Shown in pieces: positions 42,834 through 54,956 of a stretch of DNA of 64,000 bases (positions within the stretch are counted from its first letter, which is position 1; every line of letters begins with the position of its first letter). A program made the position numbers and the translations under genes. Location of the stretch: NCBI GenBank assembly GCA_009914755.4, contig CP068257.2, positions 37,888,001-37,952,000 of the forward strand. The letters run 5' to 3'. This DNA is from the human T2T-CHM13v2.0 reference genome, Homo sapiens. A model generated the notes under the pieces. It was not told the origin of the DNA and ran no database searches. It worked only from the letters and a program-made list of their open reading frames with translations.

Positions 42834-43037
42834 CATTTACAGAGGCACAATTTAATCCAACTGTCCTTCTAAACTGGTGAGTTTTACTAGACAAGTAAAG
42901 TTTTACTAGACTAGTAAAACTTTAACTAGTGAAAAAGTAAAGTTTTACTGTAAAAGTTTTACTAGTAAAGTTTTACTAGTCTAATAAAACTCACTAGTTT
43001 AGAAGGACAGTTGGATTAAATTGTACCTCTGTAAATG
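42834..43037. other. About 200-bp near-perfect AT-rich palindrome (arms about 60 bp, 57/60 identical, around a core of 'gtaaagttttactag' self-complementary units)
   Basis: Left arm 'ccatttacagaggcacaatttaatccaactgtccttctaaactggtgagttttactagac'. The right arm reverse-complements to the same string with three mismatches. Confidence 0.9.
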
Positions 43038-43439
43038 GAACAAGTTATGGCCAAAGGCCTTACCAAATTTTAGATAAAATGGTTGCATATTTGCACCTCA
43101 AAGCACAGAACAAGAATTTGAACGTTTAAAAAGGAGTTTGGGTGTTTTAAAGGGAGATTAAAAATGGATGCCAATGTAACACAAAATCATAGGAATTTGC
43201 CCTAGGATTTTATAAGGAGACCAATTTCATTTGGATAGGTAGCTTCTAATTTAATCTCCATTTTCCAACTAGACCACTGAGCTTAGGGTGAAGCCCACTA
43301 ACAAATAATGCCAACAAAGCATTTGTAATTTTCAGGGAATAATGCTTACATATGTGAAAAACAGGTGCCGCTGGAAGGTGGAACACCTAGATCCCCCAAA
43401 ATTAAGGATCTTAGTTTCACATTGAATTCCAGGTTCCCA

Positions 43440-43720
43440 AAAAAGGGACCTCTGGACCAGGCTGTGCAACACTTCCACAGCCCTTTCCTTAGTTCATAGA
43501 TGCCTGTCTTCTAACTGTGTCCTCATGTTAGGGGTGGGAGTGGTGAGGGAGCTCTCTGGGGTCTTTTATAAGGGCACTAATCCCATTCATGAGGGCTTCA
43601 CCCTCATGACCTAATTATCTCCCAAAGGCCTCACCTCCAAATAGCCTACATTGAGTATAGGTTTCAACATATTTTGGGGGGAAACAAGCATTCAGATAAT
43701 AGTGACATAGAACATATGAA
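43440..43720 (-). mobile_element. Older MaLR LTR fragment (MLT1-like)
   Basis: 'ggtcttttataagggcactaatcccattcatgagggcttcaccctcatgacctaattatctcccaaaggcctcacctccaaatagcctacattgagtataggtttcaacatat' is the reverse complement of the MLT1-type motif '…gggaggtaattaggtcatgagggtggagccctcatgaatgggattagtgcccttataaaag'. Confidence 0.6.
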
Positions 43721-44224
43721 TATACATGTATTTGTTATGGTTGCTTTCCTCATGAGGCAAGTGGCATAACTGTATTCACTAGATTGAAATAGTTTTTAAA
43801 TAAAAAGGAATGATTTAATGAGGCCAAGAACATTTTAAGAACTTTAAAAAATATGAGTTCATTTTGAAATAATTACAGGGCTAAATTTGGACTGGTCTGA
43901 CTTTGAATGTCATGTTTGGCTCACTGTAGTATATTTGTTGTCTCAATGAATGTGTGTTTTTCATATTAAATAGAGTTGGTGGCAGAGCTGGGACTCAAAT
44001 ATGGATATTATGGCACTCAGTGGTCACACTTACGTGAGGCTGGATGCTCCAGCCCCTGTTGCGGAGAGAACTGGGAATTTCATCGGGTGCTGTTTCTCCA
44101 GTCTTGCCCATGTTCACTCCACTGCCGTCAGACACATCAACCTTATCATGCCACTCCACTGCTTGAAATACTTTGTCTCCTGCCTAGGGCTTTCAGCATA
44201 AAACACACTCTTTATATGGCCAAT

Positions 44225-44617
44225 ATATTAGTTCGTTCTCACACTGTTCTAAAGAACTACCTGAGACTGGGTAATTTATAAAGAGAAGAGGTTTAACTGA
44301 CTTGCAGTTCTGCAGGCTGTACAGGAAGCATGCTGGGAGGCCTCCGGAAACTTACAATCATGGTGGAAGGTGAAGGGGAAGCGAGCACGGTCTTCCCATG
44401 GTGGAGCAGGAGAGAGCAAGATTTGGGGAACGTGCTACACACTTGTAAACAACCAGATCTCATGAGAACTCTGTCAGGAGATAGTACTAAGCGGATGGTG
44501 CTAAACCACCACAAACCACCCCATGATCCAATCACCTCCCTCCAGGCCCCACCTCCAACACTCAGGATCACAATTCAACATGAGATTTCGGTGGGGACAC
44601 AGAGCCAAACCATATCA
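44225..44617 (-). mobile_element. Solo MaLR LTR (MST-like), antisense, about 390 bp
   Basis: Begins 'atattagttcgttctcacactgttctaaagaactacctgagactgggtaatttataaag' and ends '…gtggggacacagagccaaaccatatca'. Confidence 0.75.
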
Positions 44618-45805
44618 GCAGAGAAGGCTCTACCCATTGAGACCCTGCTTTCCAACACTACTCGTCTCTCTCCATTTCTGCATTATACTCTATGCTGCAG
44701 CCATAGGTAAATGGCTTTTTTGTTTTAAACTGTCCCACGTTCTGTCTTGCCTCTGAGCCTTTGTCCCTGCTGTCCACTCTCCTGGAATACTCTTACTCAT
44801 CTGCAAAACCAGAAATCCCCCATCCTTCATGTTGTAGCTGAGATATCAGTTTTGTGGTGAAGCCTTCCCTGACCTCTTCCAACTCCCTTCTGTACCCAGT
44901 TAGCTTCCCTTAGCAGTTTACACACTATGTTTGTTTATAATTCTCATTGCCTTCTTAAATTATAAACCCGAGGCCATCCTGGAAAAATGAAGGAGTTAGC
45001 CACAGCAATCAAGACTTCCAGGAGATGCAAGTAGTCAAGCCTATTTGCTCCCTTTCAGGTGATGCAGAGAGTGTGGAAACACCACTGTTTTGGCCTGTTG
45101 GTGCCTGTGATCATGTAGCTGTTCCTGAATACTTTGTTAGTTCTGAGAAATGGGCAGTAACAGAACTTGATGATGGGCATTTCTTAATCTCAGTGTACAT
45201 GCACAGAATACCAAAAGCAGTTTACCTTCCTTTATTGGGCAGGGACAGCAATGTACTGTGCTACCCTGAACACAAAAAAAACCTGTATAATTTAGCCTTT
45301 GTTATACAATCATTGTGTACTTCTATCATGTTTATTCCTTAATAAAACATGTCTGGAGAGGACAGAATCCTGGATGCAACTGAAATCCTGGATGAAATCA
45401 GAATCAATCAGTTATTAAAATCGTTATGAATAAATTGAGTTAAAAAGTTAAGTTCAGGAGGCTGGAATATGTAGCTCCATTTGCTCAAAAAACATGCTAA
45501 CAGATTGCCATTTAAGTGCAGCGTTTCCAGATCACATTTAGGTTAGCATTGTGGGCGCACATGTGGCGTCTTCCTTTTTCCTGTTACTCCAGCCACTTTG
45601 CTGTTCCTTGGACAACCTAGGTACATTCTTGCCTCTGGATCTTGCTGTTCTCTGCCTGGCATGCTCTCCCTCCCTCCACATGTAGGTTTTGTTTAGATCA
45701 ACTCCTTCAGGGGTCTGCTCAATGTCATCTTATCAACAAGGCCTCCCCTGACTGCTTGATTTAAAATGAAACTCCTTCCTCAAAAAGTTAAACATGGATA
45801 CAGTG

Positions 45806-45905
45806 AGCTTTGATTGCATCACTGTACTCTGGTCTAGGTGACACAGAGAGATTCTTTCTCTAAAAAAAAAAAATAATAAAACAAGAAAACAAACAAACAA
45901 ACAAA
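45806..45905 (+). mobile_element. Alu 3'-end fragment with (CAAA)n/A-rich tail
   Basis: 'cagtgagctttgattgcatcactgtactctggtctaggtgacacagagagattctttctctaaaaaaaaaaaataataaaacaagaaaacaaacaaacaaacaaaaaaa'. Confidence 0.7.
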
Positions 45906-45939
45906 AAAACCACATGGAGTTACCCTGTGACTCAATAAT

Positions 45940-46330
45940 ACCCTTGTATGTATACGCCCAAGAAAAATGAAAACCTGTCCTTACAAAAGCTCATACTGAA
46001 TGTTCATGGCAGCATTATTCATAACAGCCAAAAGGCAAAAACAACGTAAATGCTCATCATTAGATGAATGGATAAATAAAAGTTCATACATAAAATGGAA
46101 TATTATTCAGCCAAAAAAGAATAAAGTACCAAAGTACCCATACATGCTACAACGTGGATGGATCTTGAAAACATTATGCTAACTGAATGAAGACAGACAT
46201 AAAAGGCCACATGTTGTATAATTCCATTTATATGAAATGTCCAGAATAGGCAAATCAATAAAGATATAAAGGAAATTATTAGTAGCCAGTGGCTGGGGAG
46301 AGGGGGCAATGAGGAGTGACTGCTAATGGG
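45940..46330 (+). mobile_element. Old L1 (L1M-type) 3'-end fragment, sense; ORF2 C-terminus remnant (…MFMAALFITAKRQKQ.KCSSLDEWINK…)
   Basis: The ORF-track translation matches the L1 ORF2 C-terminus. The DNA matches the L1M 3' end ('…aatggaatattattcagccaaaaaagaataaagtac…gatggatcttgaaaacattatgctaa…ccatttatatgaaatgtccagaataggcaaatc'). Confidence 0.85.
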
Positions 46331-46362
46331 TATATATATATATATATACCCATATATATATA
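46323..46362. repeat. (TA)n microsatellite forming a 'gggtatatatatatatataccc' perfect palindrome
   Basis: Read directly from the sequence. Confidence 0.9.
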
Positions 46363-46854
46363 TGTTTGAGGAGATGGGTGGGTAATGAAAATGTACTAGA
46401 AGTAGATAGTGGTGATAGTTGCACAATTCTTTAATAATACTAAAGGCCACAGGCTTGAATAGTTTAAAAGGATGAATTTTATGATATCTGAAATATATCT
46501 CAACAAAGCTATTATAGAAAAATTTGAACTCCCTGTCTTTCTGGCGCTCATTATTCTTCATTCCTGCTTTATTTCCTTGTTATTCCTACCTAACATAACA
46601 TTTGTAGAGTTTGCTGTCTGCCTCACTGTACTGGCTTACAAACTCCGTGTGATCAGACATTTTTCCCTGTGTTGTTCACTGTTGTATTCCTTTGCCCTAA
46701 AACACCGCATACAGTAAATCAATAAATCTCTGTAGAATAACTGACTAAATAAATGTGACTATATATACACTAAAGCTAGTGCAAGGATGTCATTTGAAAA
46801 AGATAAAAAGATCATTGCTCAGGTAAGGAAAAGAGAATAAAAGCAGAGTCACTT

Positions 46855-48011
46855 TCTTTTTTTTTTTAATTTTATTTTAAGTTCTGGGATACATGGGCAG
46901 AAAGCGCAGGTTTGTTACCTCAGTATACATGTGCCATGGTGGTTTGCTGCACCTATCAACATGTCATCTAGGTTTTAAGCCCCACATGCATTAGGTATTT
47001 GTCCTAATGCTCTCCCTCCCCTTGTCCCCTACCCACCGACAGGCCCCGGTGTGTGATGTTCCCCTCTCTGTGTCCATGTGTTTTCATTGTTCAGCTCCCA
47101 CTTATAAGTGAGAACACGCAATGTTTGGATTTCTGTTCCTGTGTTAGTTTGCTGAGAATGACGGCTTTCAGCTTTATACATGTCCCTGCAAAGGACATGA
47201 ACTCATTCTTTTTTATGGCTGCATAGTATTCCATGGTGTATATTTGCCAAATTTTCTTTATCCAGTCTATCATTGATGAACATTTGGGTTGGTTCCAAGT
47301 CTTTGCTATTGTAAATAGTGTTACAATAAACATATGTGTGCCTGTGTCTTTATAGCAGAATGATTTATAATCCTTTAGGTGTATACCCAGTAATGGGATT
47401 GCTGGGTCAAATGGTATTTCTGGTTCTAGATCCTTGAGGAATTGCCACAGTGTCTTCCACAATGGCTGAACTAATTTACACTCCCACCAACAGTGTAAAA
47501 GTGTTCCTATTTGTCCACAGCCTTGCCAGCATCTGTTTGCTGACTTTTTAATAATCACCATTCTAACTGGCATGAGATGGTATCTCATTGTGGTTTTGAT
47601 TTGCATTTCTCTAATGACCAGTGATGATGAGCTTTTTTTCATATGATTTTTGGCCACATAAATGTCTTCTTTGGAGAAGTGTCTGTTCATATCCTTTGCC
47701 CACTTTTTGATAGGGTTGTTTTTTTTTCTTGTAAATTTGTTTTAAGTTTCTTGTAGATTCTAGATATTAGACCTTTGTCAGATGGGTAGCTTACAAAATT
47801 TTCCTCCCATTCTGTAGGTTGCCTGTTCACTCTGATGATAGTTTCTTTTGCTGTGCAGAAGCTCTTTAGTTTGATTAGATCCCATTTGTCAATTTTGGCT
47901 TTTGCTGCAATTGTTTTTGGTGTTTTAGTCAAGAAGTCTTTACCCATGCCTATGTCCTGAATGGTATTTCCTAGATTTTCTTCTAGGGTTTTTATGGTTT
48001 TGGGTTTTACA
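46855..48011 (-). mobile_element. 5'-truncated young L1PA 3' fragment (about 1.15 kb), antisense; probable TSD 'cagagNcactttc'
   Basis: Poly-T followed by the antisense L1 3'UTR/ORF2 C-terminus. ORFs 47091-47690 and 47687-47947 (-) translate to the L1 ORF2 C-terminal sequence (…[23 protein letters not shown]…[17 protein letters not shown]…). Confidence 0.92.
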
Positions 48012-49640
48012 TAGAAACAGAGACACTTTCATATTAGATTAATATAGGAAAAACAACTCAGTGAAACCAGGTTTTGATTGAAAATTTTAGCACAGATTAT
48101 GACTTTGTAAGATGTGAGACTCTGTCAGTGAATAACTGAAGTCTCTTTTCTGGGATCACTTTGCTCACAATTGTGTGGGTCCAGAAACAAATGTTTGGCC
48201 CTTTACTCTTTGCTTCCCTCAAGAAAAACTTGCTTTCCTGAAGTATATTAACAGAAAATTTGAGGTCCACTAAGGCCAACAGATCAGATGGTGACTGCCA
48301 TTGAAAAGATAGTTTGTTATTTGCAGGTCCCAACAGAAAGGACCATGTCACACCATGGAGACCACCTGGGGAAGCACCAGGGTTGGTCAGCTGGTAGAGG
48401 GAGGGGGTATCTGTGGGAAGAAAGGCATGAGACAGGGCAGGAGGGGAGTCTGAGAGCCCAGGAAAGGAGGCGGTTGTGTTATGAATTGGTTAGTTTACAT
48501 TTGAAAAGCTCACTCTCAGGCAAGCTGTTTGCTACTGCTACTGAAACACCAGGGGTTTGGTCTAGGTCCTGCTGCTCATCACACAGAAAATGATGACCAA
48601 GATGATGATTGTTTCCAAGGAAAAAGGCTTTAATAGGGTGCTGCAGCCCAGGAGATGGGAGCTCAGTCTCAAACCCATCTCCCTGACTGACTAAAACCAG
48701 GGGTTTGTGTGGCAGGGAAGAAATGTAATAATGTGTAAGAAAACGGGAACTAGGGAGGGGCAAGGAAGTAATCATGATGAATGAGAGGTCCGGTTTCTGG
48801 AACGGTGATCTGGTAAGTTTCAGTTCTTTGATACTTTTTTGAGAGGGCTGAAAGTCCTTTCATGAGAAAAGAACTCAGATAAAACAAATACGTGTTTCAA
48901 GTTTTAAGACTCCGAAAAGTCAATTTCTATGTTTATCCAAAAGAACAGTCTATGGGACTATTGGGATGGTTTCACTATCTCTAGGAAATGGGTAACCCTG
49001 GAGGTGGAGGAGCAGTCCGTCCAGGGTCAGCAAGGCTCCAGATGTCACAGAATCAGAATAAAGAAAATAAAAGACAGGGTTAATACACCTGAAGTGTAAA
49101 TAGTACTAGATCTTAGATCTCGGGACCCAAGATGATCCTGAAATGCATTGTTTTGGGAACACAAAAGTATTTGGGGCTGCTGCTGGAATGGGCAGGAGAC
49201 CATTTATAAAGATGTTGCTACCTCATTTTCATAGTAAAACTTCCTTTTGGAAAACTTCAACTGCTCAGAGAAGAAAAGGATGTTTCCTATACTGAGGACT
49301 GGCTACATAATTTGTAGGGCTCAGTGCAAAATGAAAATGGCAGACTCTTTATTTAAGAGTTGTTGAAGCCAGGCACGGTGGCTTGCATCTTTAATCCCAG
49401 CTACTCAAGAGGCTGAGGCAGGAGGATCTTGGAATGTCTAAGCATTGAGGAGTTGGATCTGAAAAGCAGTGAATACAGCAAGAAAGGACAAGCCAATCTG
49501 TAAGAACCTTGGGTCCATGAAGATATGGAATAGATACTTAAAGATACTAATGTGACTTGTGCCTATGGTGAAAGTAGTGTCACAAGGAATTAAATGTTAT
49601 TTAAGACATACTGTAAAATGATCAAACTACACTACAGGTG

Positions 49641-49745
49641 CCTTGCCAACACCCAGATGTTATTACTCCAGAACTTTGGATCTCTACTATATGCCAATTT
49701 TGGTGAACACCCAGATGTTATTACTCTATAACTTTAGATCTCTGC
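49641..49745. repeat. About 50-bp tandem duplication (2 copies, about 85% identity): 'cacccagatgttattactc.a.aacttt.gatctct'
   Basis: Read directly from the sequence. Confidence 0.7.
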
Positions 49746-50689
49746 AGATTGTGATGCTGGAGCCTGTGAATTCATGAAGTATTTTATTATTCGGGTCAAG
49801 AGGTATCTATTGAATAATCTATATGATCTGTGTGAATAGCGAGAGTTGGTCTCTAGCAATCTGTAAATTGTACTTCAAATGCTTAGCTTACACACACACA
49901 GACACAGACACAGACACACATGCATGCCTTTTCAAATTCCTAAAATGGCACAGCTACCCTGCTTTTGCAATCAGGAAAATAACCTTGGTTCCTAGTTGGA
50001 AATATTTTGGGGAATTGTCTCAGCAAAAGATTAAAAATATCAGGGCAGCATTGTTTCCCTAAGCCTTGTTTCTTGGGTATCTTTACTCTCTGTCTCCCAG
50101 GCCTAGTGCTGCAGCCAACAAATGCTGCCAATGGCAGCTGATGACCTGAAATATTTCCTGCAGCTTAAAGCTCAGCCAGTGCTTGATTTTATTGCGTTCT
50201 GTTGCTTGGTGACACTTGGAGGGGCCATCAGTTGTGAGGAGGATGGTTAAGTGGCCCTGAGAAATTCTGAACCTCAACGCAGCCTTGGAGGCCCTCTTCT
50301 GAGCTATGCTCTGGAGAATGGACTCTAAGACAGAATGACTTTTTCTGCAGAGACAAGAAGAAAAGGTGGGAAGGTGAGACAGAGTTTCTAAAGCCAACTC
50401 AAGCTACAGTTTAGTTTGGTCTCCTACATAATATTCCTGTTTAAGTGGGAGGTGGTTGGGGTGGATTCTTTCCTTTATTGAAATTATAATAAAAAAATGT
50501 AAATTTGGTCTGAAGGGAAGGCCAAGTGGTAAATTCTGGCACTCATGGAGATCTTTTAGAGATCATGAATGTCTGGGTGTTGGATCAGGATTTGAACCCA
50601 GGTCACTCCATATCCACAGCCGTGGAGTCATTTTCTCTATCACTGTTTGTACACAGCAGGCGATTATAAATATTGTAAATACTCTGCTG

Positions 50690-50890
50690 CTGGTCTCCTT
50701 CCTCTTCCCCTCCTCCTCTTCCTTCTGCTCAGGGCTCCTTATTTTTCTCCTCCTGCCTTCCTCTCTCCATGTCCTCCTCCTCCTCCTTCCTCCTAGTCAT
50801 TCTGCACCCCCACCTCCTCTCTTCCTCTTTCTTCTTCCTCTTTCTCCATCCCTTCCTCCTTCTCCTCCACCACCTTCTCTCTTATCATCA
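50690..50890. repeat. About 200-bp polypyrimidine (CT/TCC-rich) tract
   Basis: 'ctccttcctcttcccctcctcctcttccttctgctcagggctcc…cctcctcctcctccttcctcc…ctcttcctctttcttcttcctctttctccatcccttcctccttctcctcc'. Confidence 0.9.
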
Positions 50891-51514
50891 TCATTATAAC
50901 CACCACGTAGGGCATGTCTATTCTGCCCCAGTGTTGTGCCAAGCACTTGACCTGCAATAGCTCATTAAGTCATACAGTCGGTATTATTAATATCATCCCC
51001 ATTTTACCACGAGGAAATGAACACTTGGAAACACTATGTGGACCACCTAAGTACTCACAGTTAGCAAAGGGCTGACATTTGACCCTAGAGTTTCCCAACT
51101 TAAAGCCAGTGCTCTTAACTCCTTGATGTCTACTTATCTGTAAGTGAATCATGCAGAAGAAAGCACATAGTTTTCTCCCTGGGCATAGGTTAGCTGTCCT
51201 CAGGCCTTGTGGGTTTTGCAAAATTCCAAGGTCAATATTAAGTGCTCTGGTATCATTTCATATGTATGTGGATTGAGTTGGCCTTACTTCTAAAATTACA
51301 GGCAATGTTCTGGTTCCCACGCTGAGCTGGTCATCCTTACTGCCAGCATTGTACTCAGCACTGCAGGTGCAGGGGGCCAGGCTCTGCATATTCTTGGAAG
51401 CCACTCCTCATGAAGCTGCTTAAGTGATGCCACTAGCCCCCAAGACCTTTGCTTGCCCTGAGGGCCCAAGATGTGCTTCATCTAGAGTAATTCTGATTTC
51501 TGGAAAAGAATTGA

Positions 51515-51555
51515 GACCAGCCTGGGCAAAAGGGTGAAAGTTTGTCTCTACCAAA

Positions 51556-51595
<40 letters not shown>

Positions 51596-51637
51596 TAAAA
51601 GTTAGCCAGGCATGCTGGCACACACCTGAGGTTTTAT
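51515..51637 (+). mobile_element. Alu mid-region fragment whose A-rich linker has expanded to (A)20(TA)12
   Basis: 'gagaccagcctgggcaaaagggtgaaagtttgtctctacc(a)20(ta)12aaaagttagccaggcatgctggcacacacctg'. Confidence 0.8.
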
Positions 51638-51679
51638 GTCCATAAAACATAAATTATGGCTTTTAATTGGACACTATAA

Positions 51680-52036
<357 letters not shown>

Positions 52037-52346
52037 TTCTTTCTTTTTCTTTTCTTTTTGAGACAGGATCTCACTCTGTTGCCCAGGTTGGAGTACAGTG
52101 GTGCAATCATGGCACACTGCAGCCTCGACTTTCTGGGCTCAAGTGATCCTCCCACCCCAGCCTCCTGAGCAGCTGGAACCTCAGGTGTGTGTCCATATGC
52201 CTGGATAACTTTTATATATATTTTTTGTAGAGACACAGTTTTACCCTTTTGCCCAGGCTGGTCTCAAACTCCTGAGCTCAAATGATCCTCCGACCTTAGA
52301 CTCCCAAAGTGTTGGGATTACAGGCGTGAGCCACTACACCTGGCCG
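52037..52346 (-). mobile_element. Alu SINE (antisense, older), abutting the previous Alu
   Basis: T-rich leader followed by 'gagacaggatctcactctgttgcccaggttggagtacagtggtgcaatcatggc…gggattacaggcgtgagccactacacctggcc'. Confidence 0.9.
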
Positions 52347-53426
52347 GATTTTAATTTTTCTTATTGAAGTAACTTGTCATAGAATTTCCTGGTGGGAAGT
52401 CCCATCAAGACATGAAATAGACATAATGTAAAGACATTTATTGAAAAGCAAAAATTCCATTTCCCAAAGCCATGCTCTATGCATGATGGTTGGGAGGCTT
52501 TTAAATAGTGGGACTGAGATGAATTATTCTCCGATTTCTGACTGTCACAATGGTTTTAATCCAAGAATAAAACCAACACAAACAGCGTGGCTCTAAACCA
52601 AGAAACAAGTCCATTTTAAAGCAACTTCTGTAAGCTTGGAAAGCACCTGTTTTCTCTGGTGAGCTGTTAAAAATCCAAATAGTTGAGCAATTACAGATGG
52701 CTTTCCAAAGACCTGTTTTCCTATTTTTTTCTCTTCCAAAATGATTTTTTAAATATTTAACATTAACAAGTAACAGTATTGGCTCATATATTAGCATGCG
52801 GCTCAACTTTAAGTTTTATTTTCTCCCGAAGCTTTTGTGGTGAGGTGAAGAGGCAAACTGTGGAGGGTTAGCCTGGTAACCATGGCAACAGCATTGCCAT
52901 CCATGAAGTGGCTCTGAGAGCCCAAGGCCCTCAGGCTGGGAGGCTAATTCCTACAACAAAGCCTTTTCTGTGTTCAACTGGGTACAGGAAAGCCGCTGGT
53001 TGTGATGGTGGCTATGACAAACCTTCAGCCTGAAGACCCGGGAGGGAAAAATGTGAGTCTTACCCTTCACACATTAATTATTTTATGAATAGATGAATGC
53101 AATGTGCTAGCAAACCTGATGAATGTAATTCAGGCCTGCTCTCCTAAACCGTACCGTTGCTTCATTCGACATGCTCCTGCAGAAACACATTTAATGCTCG
53201 TGTGCAAATCATTTGAACATGGTCTTTAAATATTTCTCATTCTGTGACGGTACCAAAGCTGTCTCGAGCATCTAAAAGGGATTATGAAAGCCATCCTTTC
53301 TACAGAGTTTGTTTTAAAATAACCCAACTATTAGAATATTATACTTCCATTAGTTGCTGGCTTAGTAGGATTTCCCACTCAGGAATGAAGCGGGATTTAA
53401 AGTGGCTTCTCGTTCATGAGGCATGA

Positions 53427-54290
53427 TTTTTTTTCTTTTTTTTGTTTTATTATACTTTAAGTTTTAGGGTACATGTGCACAACATGCAGATTTGTTACAT
53501 GTGTATACATGTGCCATGTTGGTGTGCTGCACCCATTAACTCGTCCTTTACATTAGGTATATCTCCTAATGCTATCCCTCCCCACTCCCCCCACCCCACA
53601 ACAGGCCCTGGTATGTGATGTTCCCCTTCCTGTGTCCATGTGTTCTCATTATTCAATTCCCACCTATGAGAGAGAACATGTGGTGTTTGGCTTTTTGTCC
53701 TTGCGATAGTTTGCTGAGACTGATGGTTTCCAGCTTCATCCATGTCCCTACAAAGGACATGAACTCATCATTTTTTATGGCGGCATAGTATTCCATGGTG
53801 TATATGTGCCACATTTTCTTAATCTAGTCTATCATTGTTGGACATTTGGGTTGGTTCCAAGTCTTTGCTGTTGTGAATAGTGCCGCAATAAACATACGTG
53901 TGCATGTGTCTTTATAGCAGCATGATTTATAATCCTTTGGGTATATACCCAGTAATGGGATGGCTGGGTCAAATGGTATTTCTAGTTCTAGATCCCTGAG
54001 GAATCGCCACACTGACTTCCACAATGGTTGAACTAGTTTACAGTCCCACCAACAGTGTAAAAGCGTTCCTATTTCTCTACATCCTCTCCAGCACCTGTTG
54101 TTTCCTGACTTTTTAATGATCGCCATTCTAACTGGTGTGAGATGGTATCTCATTGTGGTTTTGATTTGCATTTCTCTAATGGCCAGTGATGATGAGCATT
54201 TTTTCATGTGTCTTTTGGCTGCTCTTTTGAGAAGTGTCTGTTCATATCCTTCGCCCACTTGTTGATGGGGTTGTTTGTCTTTCTAAACTT
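53427..54290 (-). mobile_element. Very young (L1PA2/L1HS-like) 5'-truncated L1 3' fragment (about 860 bp), antisense
   Basis: Poly-T followed by a near-consensus antisense L1 3'UTR/ORF2 end. ORF 53824-54258 (-) translates to a near-consensus ORF2 C-terminus (…[124 protein letters not shown]). Confidence 0.93.
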
Positions 54291-54596
54291 GTTTACTATG
54301 GTCACATTAGGAAGGGTATTTATTGCCAACTGAAAAATAACCAGTGTGTTATAAATTCAAGAGAAAATATGTTCCAAATTAACAAAATGGGACTAGAAGT
54401 ATTGAACCTGAAAAAAGGTATAATTTTGAATTCTAGAAAAAGAGAAGTGTTCGGTTTGGAAATTTTAGTGACAGTAAAAATGTGCCTGAATTCCAGTTCA
54501 TTTGATTTACAACAACATCTACATTGGATGTGACAGCGGTAGAATCCTAAGCTTTTCAATTAGATCTTGGTTTTCTTATTTTCCAGATATGTAATT

Positions 54597-54956
54597 GATA
54601 TGGTTTGGCTCTGTGTCCCCACCCAAATCTCATCTTGAATTGTACTCCCATAAGTCCCACGTGTTGTGGGAGGGACCTGGTGGGAGATAATTGAATCATG
54701 GGGGTGGTTTGCCCCATAATGTTCTAGTGGTAGTGAATAAGTCTCACGAGAGCTGATGGTTTTATAAGGAGTTTCCGCTTTCACTTCTCTCTCATTCTCT
54801 CTTGCTGCTGCCATGTAAGATGTGCCTTTTGCCTTCCACCATGATTGTGAGCTCTCCCCAGCCACGTGGAACTGTGAGTCCATTAAACCTCTTTCTTTAG
54901 TAAATTGCTCAGTCTCGGTATGTCTTTATCAGCAGTGTGAAAACGGACTAATACAG
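54597..54956 (+). mobile_element. Solo MaLR LTR (THE1-like), sense
   Basis: 'tgatatggtttggctctgtgtccccacccaaatctcatcttgaattgtactcccataagtcccacgtgttgtgggagggacctggtgggagataattgaatcatggggg…ggactaatacag'. Confidence 0.8.

Noticed and set aside
43976-44281. 101-aa ORF (+) at 43976-44281
   Set aside because: Its 3' portion runs into the antisense MST-like LTR (44225-44617), and the remainder has no protein-like features, so it is a chance ORF.
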